This document shows positions 14,798 to 26,000 of a stretch of 64,000 bases of DNA, one piece after another. Source of the stretch: Eledone cirrhosa (lineage: Eukaryota). A model generated the notes under the pieces. The model saw nothing but the letters and a program-made list of their open reading frames with translations. It was not told where the DNA came from and ran no database searches. Position 1 is the first letter of the stretch. Each line of letters begins with the position of its first letter. The stretch spans positions 1 to 64,000 of the forward strand of contig OZ024750.1 in the NCBI GenBank assembly GCA_964016885.1, read 5' to 3'. Position numbers and translations under genes: made by a program.

Positions 14798-16390
14798 AAA
14801 TAAATAAATAAATTGTCTCCCTTTCATAGATGCGTGTTTTCTACCTTAAAATTATATTTATATATTTATCGGAGAATGTTAAGTGTTTTGTATAAATATA
14901 TATTATTATAGGTATATCAAGTAAAGGGGGACAACTTAATTATTAAGTAGTCTAGATATCTGAGAAAATACGCCGTTGTAACATAAAGCCTGCCAAGGGA
15001 AACAACCTATTTATTAAATAAACAATGTTATCTCCCTTAATTCAATAAAAAAAATCAACTAACAATATTTTATAAGAATAATTAAATATTTAATGTTACG
15101 TAAATCACCGCCGCTTTTATTATAGTTTGTTTACTATTAGACTGCGGAATGAGTTCGTAAATAATATCAGAAAACGAACTGCTAAAACGGCGTCAATTTA
15201 CGTTACATTATATTTTATAAAAGTGAATTATATATAATTTAATTGGTTTTTAGTTTCATCTAAGGGAGATAAAATTGTTTATTTAATAAATAGGTTGTTT
15301 CCCTTGGCCATACTTTAACTTTATTTCGGTGTAACAGAAATTTCCGCATTTTTTAATACTATGAAGCACTATAAAAACGGCGAATATTTATGTTACTTAA
15401 AGTCCGGCCAAGGGAAACAACCTATTTATTAAATAAACCATATTATCTACCTTAGTTAAAAGTAAATTATATATAATGTAACGTAAATCGACGCCGTTTT
15501 AATAGTGTTTTCTCAGAAAAACGGCGGGAAATTATGTAAATTAAACTTAATTTGTGATACATTTGTCCGTAAAAATTGACTGTTTTTTCCTAATGCCGTC
15601 GCTGTGCGTTCAGAAAAGGGTCTCTCGCAATTAAGTTTGACATAACATTATTTGAAATGGAAAACAGTTGGACAAATTTATTAATTAAAATTAGCTTGCA
15701 AATTTTAGTAACCTTACAATTTCTAGGTTTCTACACTTAATTTATTAAATGTAACTAATTCCTGCACTATAAAAACGGCGATAGATTATGTTAAGACCAG
15801 ATAAAAATAAGCTGAGTCAAATAAGGGGAAACAACTTATTTAAGTTGATTCTCGGAAGCTAATATTAAGTTAATAACTAAATTATAAATTCCGGGCGTTA
15901 GAATTACTTGATAAAAACAGCAGTAATGTCACAACATAATGTATTACATTATAGTCAAAGTGTAGCAAGGGGAGACAACTATTTTAACTGTTACTAATAC
16001 CTTTTTTCCAGAATAAAATATATTTTTCTAAAACATTATAATTATTAAAGTCTGTCAAGGGGAGATAACAGATATTGTTAAATAAACTTCTCTCCCTTGA
16101 ATTAAATTAAAAATTCTAATTACATGTAAATATAAAGTGCACTAAAGGGAGAGAATTCAATTGATTATATAGTACATTCTCTCCCGTGGAATTATATATA
16201 TTTTGCGGAAATTAAATGTCTAATTGTCTGGGATAATTTTACATATATATGTCTATAGTTAGAAATAGAAATGCGTCAAACTGATAACAGAGATAACTTA
16301 ATCTCAAAAACCTTCCCCTTAATAAAATCTATCTCGCAATTAACGTTTCTACAGATAAATTCGTTAAGATACAGTTTCTCCCTTTCTAAA
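14798..16390. repeat. AT-rich telomere-adjacent cap made of spaced inverted dyads (AAGGGAGAYAA / TTRTCTCCCTT) and AAAACGGCG motifs
   Basis: Dyads at 14995-15038, 15262-15305 (inverted copy of the first) and 15410-15453 all have 22-bp spacers; further dyads at 16058-16098 and 16145-16187. Half-sites at 14813, 14924, 15824, 15968. AAAACGGCG or its complement near 15184, 15374, 15491, 15518, 15772. Confidence 0.85.
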
Positions 16391-16602
16391 AATATAAATA
16401 TATATCACGGCATTCTGCTCGCTTCTTACACAAACTAATCACAACTGTAAACCAGACACAGACCGTTAATCTGAAAACAATTCGACCGCCACCCGAAACC
16501 AACTAGACGAAAACTTAAGATGCCCAAACAGTAATAACATCGCCACTTACCTTAACCACCGGACCAACGGCCTGCAATACAAGTACTACAAAGTAGCACG
16601 CC

Positions 16603-16809
16603 ATGATTATTCAACAAGACAAAAACAAACTTAAAATCATCAGCCCCAACTTCACCCACGTATTTTCACGCGCAATTCAAGTCAACGGTCGTTCAACTAA
16701 CATGTTAATCTGCCTAGTATCTTCAATTCTTTGTCGTGCTTATCAAACCGACATTGCATATTTACAAAGGGTTATCGGAAAGCTCAATGTTACAGGGTTA
16801 CATACATAA
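16603..16809 (+). CDS. Orphan 68-aa ORF (module Y0), unknown function, possibly a gene remnant
   Basis: ATG-initiated ORF MIIQQDKNKLKIISPNFTHVFSRAIQ... It is positionally and weakly peptide-similar (NKL...VFSR) to degenerate modules at 18500, 23800 and 29100. No family recognised. Confidence 0.3.
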   Translation: MIIQQDKNKLKIISPNFTHVFSRAIQVNGRSTNMLICLVSSILCRAYQTDIAYLQRVIGKLNVTGLHT

Positions 16810-17065
16810 TGTCGTGTACATACTTTCATACACGTGTTTAGATATATATACATGTATGTATATATCTACGTATGTGTGAAAATACACTACACCCAAGGCT
16901 CACATCCGGCCCTTACAACAACTACATCCTAACTAAAGCGCAACTATTTCGACGCTGGCAATCTAGCTCAACTTATCACATCTACAGTCAAAATGTCATT
17001 ATGGTAAAAAAGATTTAAAAAAAAAACGTTTTTAAATAAACGAGTTTCATGAAATCTATAATATA

Positions 17066-17686
17066 CTAGCAGTGGTACCCAGCGTTGCACCATATAAAGT
17101 ATTTTGGAATACTCTGATGGGAAAAAGGCAGGTTTTCACCTAATGCGGGCCCTAGGGGATCAAGATGATTTTCTTTTTATGACCATAATATGCCTTGAAA
17201 TTTAGCCAAAATCGGCTGGACGTAACGGCTACAAAGAGTCCTAAGATAAAAAAAAATAAAGTTTTTCATCTAATGCGGGCCCCACGAGATAAAAAAATTT
17301 AAATTTTTAATGTGCATAACACTACCTGAAACCTAAGTAATACGCATTTAAAGTTTGAAGAAAAATCGGTTGGGTACTTCGAGTTTAAGGGATTCAAACA
17401 CACACACACCCTCAAGGAAGTGACGTAATGCAGATAATCAGACATACAGATATAATAAGGGCGCGACGTTATAAGTACGTCTATCGAAAAAGAGACTAAG
17501 AATTATAGAGATCGCTGCACCGCCTAATGTCGTCCCTGTGGGCTTAGAAAAGTTGAAATCTTTTGGGGGTGATCAGAACAATCTCTCAAACATAAGTATT
17601 ACATGTGTAAAGTTTGAAAACAGTCCGTTGGGTGGTTCTCGAGCTTTAGCGATTCGAACTCGGACATCTTCAGTTTTATATATAGA
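17066..17686 (-). mobile_element. Non-autonomous Helitron
   Basis: Minus strand starts A|TCTATATATAAAACTGAAGATGTCC and ends ...GTGCAACGCTGGGTACCACTG-CTAG|T: canonical 5' TC, 3' CTAG, AT target. Shares termini with the copy at 32877. Confidence 0.85.
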
Positions 17687-17974
17687 TAAGATGGATTACA
17701 TGGCCACCGATTATCAATTAATTATAGAAATTAAATAACCATTTGTTTTTAAAATTTAGTGTTGAAGTTCTTTGTGACTGTCTGTGTTCTACATGTTTAC
17801 ATGTAGTGTTTAGAAGTACATCTTACCCAATGATAATATTTTTAATCAAAGATGGTCGTCCTTCTGTTTCTCACAAGCAAAGCTTCTCAACTAATATGAA
17901 CGTATAGTCAGGGTCGTCGACTATGTGCACATTTTGAATTATTTATGAACAGAGACTAATACACAAAGTATATT

Positions 17975-18500
17975 ATCATCACCAACAAACACTATATTGT
18001 CTCGCACTTTCAACAATTCGCTTTTGCAATAAAACAGGGAATCGATAAACTATCTGATTCCATAATATTTTACATTCTTTTGGCATCTGCTTGGCAGCTA
18101 ACTCAAACTGCTGGGCCTGCATTCTTCTCGTCTGTTGTGCTTGCACTTCATTGATTTTCAATGGAACAATCCGCAACTCCTCTTTCTATGTTTATTTTCG
18201 GGGATGTCTTTTCTACCCACTGCATTCTTCACTACATCATGCACATTTTCCACAGCTGCTCCACATCGGTCAAATTTAATTCGGCACAATTTCAACATCT
18301 TTTGCCTGCATCAAACAGTATTCAGTGAATTAGTTTTTCTTCGTTTCCTATTCTTATATTGCAATAACATATCCATAAAAGTGCGCGATAATATAGCGAG
18401 TGTTCATATATTTTGATTATCTACATTATTCTCACACGCCAGCTACTTGACAACATATCCATGCATGGATGTGTGTACTTGTATATCGTAATTTCGATGT
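17975..18500 (-). pseudogene. Orphan coding-like module X, copy 1 (other copies ~19795-20430, 23265-23800, 25097-25735, 28420-28950)
   Basis: Five homologous blocks share TTGGCATCTGCTT...ACTGCTGGG.CTGCATTCTT. Minus-frame peptides agree across copies (HGYVAKEL/YGYVTRKL, LQYKN, KLCRIKIE.LTDV.QL), with some synonymous differences, but many stops and frameshifts. Confidence 0.45.
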
Positions 18501-18979
18501 CTAGTCTTCAACAGACGCTTAGCACTGACCGAGACAACCAGCCTTGACAATTCAGTTTTATCAAACTAAATTTCATTATAAGAGGGGAAACAACTCGTAA
18601 TTTTATTAAAATATCCAAGAGTAAACTCCCTTTGCTAATTGAAATATTGCATATACATTTGTAGACGTATAAACACAAAAACACTATACACATGTGTATA
18701 GTGTATACAACATGTGTACGTGTATACATACATAGACATTCATATGTACACATTCATGACAATATACTACACCCCCACGACTTACAGCCGGAACTTGCAA
18801 CACATACATCACAACTGAAGCGCAACTATTTCAACGCTGGCAATCTAGCTAAACTTATAAGAGCTACAACTAATAGTAAAAAGAAATAAAAATTAAGCTT
18901 TTTAATCAAAAGAGTCTTAGGAAATATAAACGGTGGCAATGTAATCCATCTTAGCAATTAATTTTTTTGACAGACAACT

Positions 18980-19795
18980 CCTTTGGTAGGGTACCATGAT
19001 CTGTCATCTGGTGGTGCCTAACCAAACTAGGTGTTGAGGAATGTCTTGTGAGGGCAGTGTACGCTTTGTGGAGGTACTGTCAGTAACAGATGCGTTTAAA
19101 ACTGGCTGTCCATGACGATCTGGTTCTTATAGCAGAATCAGTAAAGAAGCTAAAGAAGAAATGCTGTCTATGGAAACAGTTGGAAGCAAGAGGACAGAAT
19201 AAAAACATAGAAAAGGGGACATGCTCCCTATGTTGAAAAGGAGCTGGGATAAATTCTATAAAATATACGCAATGCACATCTGGGGTACTCAACATATGTA
19301 GTGGGATAGCAAGCAAACAGGTAGTGAAAACTACATGTACAGAGAAATTTCACAGTAGAAGTGACAGTGATAGAAACAGTTTTCAAATGAAGGTGGGTTC
19401 TATACAGATGAGCAGATTAGAAAGAGAGGAGGCTACTACGAGGCCATAATATCTACAATAAGGATGGGTTGGAAGAAGTGAGTGAGACATGGCCAGTAAT
19501 TGCAGAGAATATGCCAAGGCTGGCAAAGAAATGAAGGAAGCATGCTCCGACGACCGAGCAGATATGAGTTGAGAGAGAAAATGGGTATGAGTTATGTGCA
19601 GGAGAGAAGAATAAGATGGTTTGCTGGGTAAACATGTGCCAAGTAATTCCAGTAGAAGGAAGGCTAGGAAAAACAGACGGGTGGTGAAAGCAGACCTCAA
19701 ATCGCTAACGATCACCAACGAGGTGACCAACGACCGGTATAAGTGGAGAGGCGGTGCTCAATAGTACATGTCCCACACTTGAAAGCGAACGTATG
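18980..19795 (+). mobile_element. Decayed RTE-clade LINE, 3' part (duplicated at ~24270-25097)
   Basis: Remnant peptides LGVEE.LVRAV, (Y)xDDLVLIAESV, a Cys-rich CSLC..G.GINSI segment and a GR..KT..VVKADLKSL C-terminal motif. Confidence 0.75.
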
Positions 19796-20444
19796 ATTAT
19801 GAAGATGACTGTGCAAATGTTTCCTTATTTCTGCATAGAAAGTATACATCATCTTCAACAAACGCTATATTGTCTTTAGCTTTCAACAATACCATTTCGC
19901 AATAAAACATGAAATAAGAACAAACTGATTCTCTAATATTTATTATATTGGCATCTGCTTCGCTGCTTATCTCCGACTGCTGGGTCTGCATTCTTGTCTC
20001 GTCTGTTATGCTTGCACTTCATTGCTTTTCACAGGAACAATCAACAACTACTCTTTCTAACTCTTAAAACCTTGCTCTAGCTTCAAATGTTCACTCTCGG
20101 GGATGTCTTTCCTACGGACTGCATTCTTCACTCTTTTCGACACACCTTTCCAGTTTCTTCACATCGGTCAAATCTTCAATCTTCAATCTGCACAATTTCC
20201 ACTTCTTTTCACATCTAGGTCTTTCTATTCTATACATCAGTTAGTCTTAGTTTCAAGTTCTTATATTGTAAAATAATATCTTTCAACATGGGAGACAATA
20301 TAGCACTTGTTGCTGAAGATAGACTTTTATCATCTATATTATTCTCACTCTCCAGCTACCAGTTAACATATCCATGCATAATATTTGCATGTGTGTCGTC
20401 ATGTGTGTATATTTGAGAAAAGGATAATGATAAAAAGATATATA

Positions 20445-21530
20445 CATGGATTAGGAGAGTCACTTGGTGGTAGAACAATATGGTAGATGAGGCAATTAAG
20501 GCTAAGAGACAGGCATGGAAAGAATGGAAAAACAGGGCACATTACATAGAGACCAGTGGCGAAGCTAGGCGACAAGTATACTTAGCTAGAAGGGAGGTAG
20601 AGGATAGGAATTTCAAGCATCTTTTGCAACACGAGGAACAGAAACAGGTGTTCCAGATTATGAGGCAGTGTGTCAGAGAGAATTGTGATGTCATTGGACA
20701 AAAGTGTATCCAGAATGATAAAGGTCAGCTTGCACTCACAATTTCTGAGGAGATGCGTGGAAGAGCCAGTATGAAAGATTACTAAATGGGGAGAATGCAT
20801 GGGAAAAAGATACCATACCCAAAGTGAACCCTATAGAGGGGCTAGCAGAACAAGTCAGCAGCAATGTAGTATGGCAATCAAAGATATGAAGACGGGGAAG
20901 GCAACCGGTCTATCGGGTATAGCTGCCGAGATGCTCAAGGCATCTGGGTCGGTAGATCAGACCATAACCACACGTATTGTTAACTAGGTAATACTAAAGG
21001 GCGTCGTACAAAAACATTCGTGCAGCAGCATCATGGTCAACTGATACAAAGGTAAAGGTGATGCACTAGATAGAGGAAACTATAGAGGTATAAAGCTGAT
21101 GGACCAGGTCATGAAAGTAACAAAGAGTTAGAGCACAGTTGATTAGGAACAGGGTGAAAATACATGATATGCAATTATGCTTTGTACAAAAAAAAGGCAC
21201 CACTCATGTCCTCACCTTTGTGAGGCAGTTACAGGAAAAGTACCTAGCTAAAAGTAAGCCAATCTACCTGGCATTTGTCGAAATGGAAAAAGCCTTCGAC
21301 AGTCCAGCATGCTATAATCCGGTCGGCTCTTAGAAAATTTGAAGTAGATGTAGATGAATAGCTTATGAGGGCTGTACCAAGCCATGTATATAGAAACAAT
21401 CAGCAAAGTTGGGGTTACCAATGACTAGAGCGAGGAATTTAGCATGCCGGTCGGTGTACACCAGGGCTGTTCTTAGCACTCTCTTTTTTATCATAGTCCT
21501 GCAGGCAATAACAGGAATTTAAAACCGGAT
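20445..21530 (+). mobile_element. Decayed RTE-clade LINE, linker and RT N-terminal part (duplicated at ~25755-26728)
   Basis: ORF fragments VTWW..VDEAIKAKRQAWKEWK, MKTGKATG.SGI.AEMLKASG, NYRGIKLMDQVMK, LAFVEMEKAFD, VGVHQG. Confidence 0.85.
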
Positions 21531-23005
21531 ATCAGCTTATAGTCCTACCAAGGGAGACAGTGATGTGAATGCGGAGGAATTTCATGAGGAGATGTGTAGA
21601 GCTGTCAACACCACACAAGCTCAAAACATCATTCTTCTGAGGGACTTCTATGCACATCTGAGTAAGGAGAGCAGAGAAGATCCGCACTGGTAATTCCCTA
21701 ACACCAACCGAAATGGAAGACTACCGGCAGACGCCATGCTGGATGCAAACTTGATGGCAACCAACCTAACGTTAAGGGAGAATCCAGAAAAGATGTGGAC
21801 CAAGACCTAGATTGATTTCTTTCTGGTGAGGAAAAAGCAGCACAATAGTGTTCTCAACACAGAACCATACAACTATTTTAGTACACTGTGACAGTGGACA
21901 CATGCTTGTTATGAGTGAGGTCCAAGTGAGCTTAAGAAAGAGCAAGGCTACACCAACAGTATAATCTATGACTGGGGAACGTTCAAGGAACATAAGCTAC
22001 AGAAGAGGTTCACAGGAGACGTGAGCAACAGGTTCAGTGCTCTGTGTGGAGAGTTTGACAAAGAGGTACGGCTACTTGAACAATGCAGTAGCAGAAGCAA
22101 GTGAGACACTGATGCTGAGGAGAAAGAGGAAGTATGTCAGTTCTGCAGACCAAAAAGTGTGTGCAGCCTGCCAAGGACCAATTCTGTGCTGATCCTATGG
22201 AGAGGATGGACACAGTGGAGGTGATGAGGGAAGCACTCTGTACCGCTTACACTGACGCCAGAGAGGAGGCACTAAAAGTGTTAAGAGAACGGTTGACAGT
22301 TGGATGATCAACGAGATCACATGGAGGAAAGGTCAGATCAAGGAAACAGATCCAGAGGATAGGAAAAAGGAAATGGCTGGACCATTTTAGAACACAACTA
22401 TGAGATGCCCTCCACAGCCAAGAACACTGGGCAGATCAGGTGGCTGTTACAATAACTGGATATTGAGACAGGACCCTTTGCCAGAGAGGAGCTTCAGAGA
22501 GCAAAAAAAGAAGATAAAGGAGGGCAAGGCCCATGGAGAAAATCGAGTGGCATCAGGTCATGTAGAGTTGTGATTTTCATATCTTGGAGATCTGTAAAAA
22601 GGGACTGGAGAAACGAGTTGCCCTGAACAAGTGGACGATCAGTAACTTCGTGCCACTGCCAAAGAAGGCAGATCTCTCTAACAGAAACAACTACAGGGGG
22701 ACCTCACTTGTGGCAAAGACCCTCAACAAGATGATTCTAAAGAGAATCCAGCCCTGCATGGACAAAAAGCTCAAACAACAACAACAGCTTCACAGATAGA
22801 GATCAACCAACGGTCACATCTTGATGAAGATATTTGAGCAAATTGCCTATAATTCTGACTATCGTCACTGCCTGATCAAGATTTTTGTGGAATACAAAAG
22901 TATCACTGCTCTACACGAACACTAAAGCCAAAGTCATTACACCCGGTGGTTCTTCGAGTTACTGCTTGGATTGCTCCAAGGAGCTACACCCATTCTTCAG
23001 TGGCT
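21530..23005 (+). mobile_element. Second decayed RTE-like LINE family, endonuclease and RT remnants (duplicated at ~26728-28200)
   Basis: AYSPT, IILL.DF.AHL, NRNGRL (APE-like); WTISNFVPLPKKADLSNRNNYRGTSL and YTNTKAKVITPDG (RT). Confidence 0.8.
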
Positions 23006-26000
23006 AAATACAGTCAAAGAAAAATATAATTGCTTTTCTTTCTCAGAGTTAAGTCAGCAAAGGTAACGCACCACTAACAAAATCCCCTCTCCTACTAAAA
23101 TGGTCAATGACCAATCCAGCAGATAAACAATTATATTAAGAAAAAAAATTTCTTTTTAAACAAAGGACAATTAAATATTTACTGTTGAATGTCTGTTTGT
23201 GGGCTTATGTAGGGTCGGGCATCTCATAAATTTTTCCGTATTTACGCAGAGTAATATAGATAAAAATACATCAACGACAAACACTATATTGTCTCGCACT
23301 TTAAAGGATTCGCTTTTGCAATAAAACAGGGAATCAATAAACTATCTGATTCAATAATATTTTATATTATATTGGCATCTGCTTGGCAGCGAACTCCAAC
23401 TGCTGGGCCTGCATTCTTCTCTCTCGTCTGTTATGCTTGTACTTCATTGATTTTCACTGCAACAATCACCAATTACTCTTGTTTATTCTCGGGGATGTCT
23501 TTTCTACCCACTGCATTCTTCACTACATCATGCAAATTTTCCACAGCTGCTCCACAGCGGTCAAATTTTCAATCTTAATTCGGCACAATTTCAACACCTT
23601 TTGCCTGCATCACACAGTATTCAGTCAATTAGTTTTTCTTCGTTTCCTATTCTTATATTGCAAAAACATATCCATAAAAGTGCGAGATAATATAGCGAGT
23701 GTTCATATATTTTGATTATCTACATTATAATCACTCGACAGCTCCTTGGCAACATATCCATGCATGCATGTGTGTACTTATATATCGTAATTTAGATGTC
23801 TAGTCTTCAGCAGACACTTAGCACTGACCGAGACAACCAGCCTTGACAATTCAGTTTTATCAAACAACTAAATTTCCTGCTAACAGGGGAAACAACTCTT
23901 ATTTTTATTAAAAAATTCAAACAGTAATCTCCCTTTGCTAATTGAAATATTGCATATACATTTGTAGACGTATAAACACAAAAACACTACACACATGTGT
24001 GTACGTGTATACATACACAGACATATGTACACATACATGACAATATACTACACCCCCACGACTTACAGCCGGAACTTGCAACACCTACATCACAACTAAA
24101 GCGCAACTATTTCAACGCTGGCAATCTAGCTAAACTTATAAGGGCTACAACTAATAGTAAAAAGAAATAAAAATTAAGCTTTTTAATCAAACGAGTCTTA
24201 GGAAATATATAAAATATAACCGGTGGCAATGTAATCCATCTTAGCAATTAATTTTGTTGACAGACAACTCCTTTGGTAGGGTACCATGATCTGTCATCTG
24301 GTGGTGCCTAACCAAACTAGGTGTTGGGGAATGTCTTGTGAGGGCAGTGCAGGCTTTGTACAGAGGTGCTGTCAGTAACAGATGAGTTTAAAACTAGCTG
24401 TCCATGACGATCTGGTTCTTATAGCAGAATCAGTAAACAAGCTAAAGAAGAAATGCTGTCTATGGAAACAGTTGGAAGCAAGAGGACAGAATAAAAACAT
24501 AGAAAAGGGGACATGCTCCCTATGTTGAAAAGGAGCTGGGATAAATTCTATAAAATATACGCAATGCACATCTGGGGTACTCAACATATGTAGTGGGATA
24601 GCAAGCAAACAGGTAGTGAAAACTACATGTACAGAGAAATTTCACAGTAGAAGTGACAGTGATAGAAACAGTTTTCAAATGAAGGTGGGTTCTATACAGA
24701 TGAGCAGATTAGAAAGAGAGGAGGCTACTACGAGGCCATAATATCTACAATAAAGATGGGTTGGAAGAAGTGAGACATGGCCAGCAATTGCAGAGAATAT
24801 GCCAAGGCTGGCAAAGAAATGAAGGAAGCATGCTCCGTTAGATGTTCGTCAACCATCAAGCAGAGATGAGTTGAGAGAGAAAATGGGTATGAGTTATGTG
24901 CAGGAGAGAAGAATAAGATGGTTTGCTGGGTAAACATGTGCCAAGTAATTCCAGTAGAAGGAAGACTAGGAAAAACAGACGGGTGGTGAAAGCAGACCTC
25001 AAATCGCTAACGATCACCAACGAGGTGACCAACGACCGGTATAAGTGGAGAGGCGGTGCTCAATAGTACATGTCCCACACTTGAAAGCGAACATATGATT
25101 ATGAAGATGACTGTGCAAATGTTTCCTTATTTCTGCATAGAAAGTATACATCATATTCAACAAACGCTATATTGTCTTTAGCTTTCAACAATACCATTTC
25201 GCAATAAAACATGAAATAAGAACAAACTGATTCTCTAATATTTAATATTATATTGGCATCTGCTTCACTGCTTAACTCCGACTGCTGGGTCTGCATTCTT
25301 GTCTCGTCTGTTATGCTTGCACTTCGTTGCTTTTCACAGGAACAATCAACAACTACTCTTTCTAACTCTTAAAACCTTGCTCTAGCTTCAAATGTTCACT
25401 CTCGGGGATGTCTTTCCTACGGAATGCATTCTTCACTCTTTTCGACACATCTTTCCAGTTTCTTCACATCGGTCACATCTTCAATCTTCAATCTGCACAA
25501 TTTCCACTTCTTTTCACATCTAGGTCTTTCTATTCTATTCTATACATCAGTTAGTCTTAGTTTCAAGTTCTTATCTTGTAAAATAATATCTTTCAACATG
25601 GGAGACAATATAGCACTTGTTGCTGAAGATAGACTTTTATCATCTATATTATTCTCTCTCCAGCTACCAGTTAACATATCCATGCATAATATTTGCATGT
25701 GTGTCGTCATGTGTGGATATTTGAGAAAAAGATAATGATAAAAAGATATATACATGGATTAGGAGAGTCACTTGGTGGTAGAACAATATGGTAGATGAGG
25801 CAATTAAGGCTAAGAGACAGGCATGGAAAGAATGGAAAAACAGGGCACATTACAGAGAGACCAGGAGCGAAGCTAGGCGACAAGTATACTTAGCTAGAAG
25901 GGAGGTAGAGGATAGGAATTTCAAGCATCTTTTGCAACACGAGGAACAGAAACAGGTGTTCGAGATTACGAGGCAGTGTGTCAGAGAGAATTGTGATGTC

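Noticed and set aside
10384-14799. 1471-aa poly-GL ORF
   Set aside because: It starts at TTG, not ATG, and is an automatic consequence of the stop-free frame of TTAGGG.
14798-16390. CRISPR-like repeat-spacer array
   Set aside because: Eukaryotic context, mixed orientations, irregular spacing, similar spacers and no cas genes.
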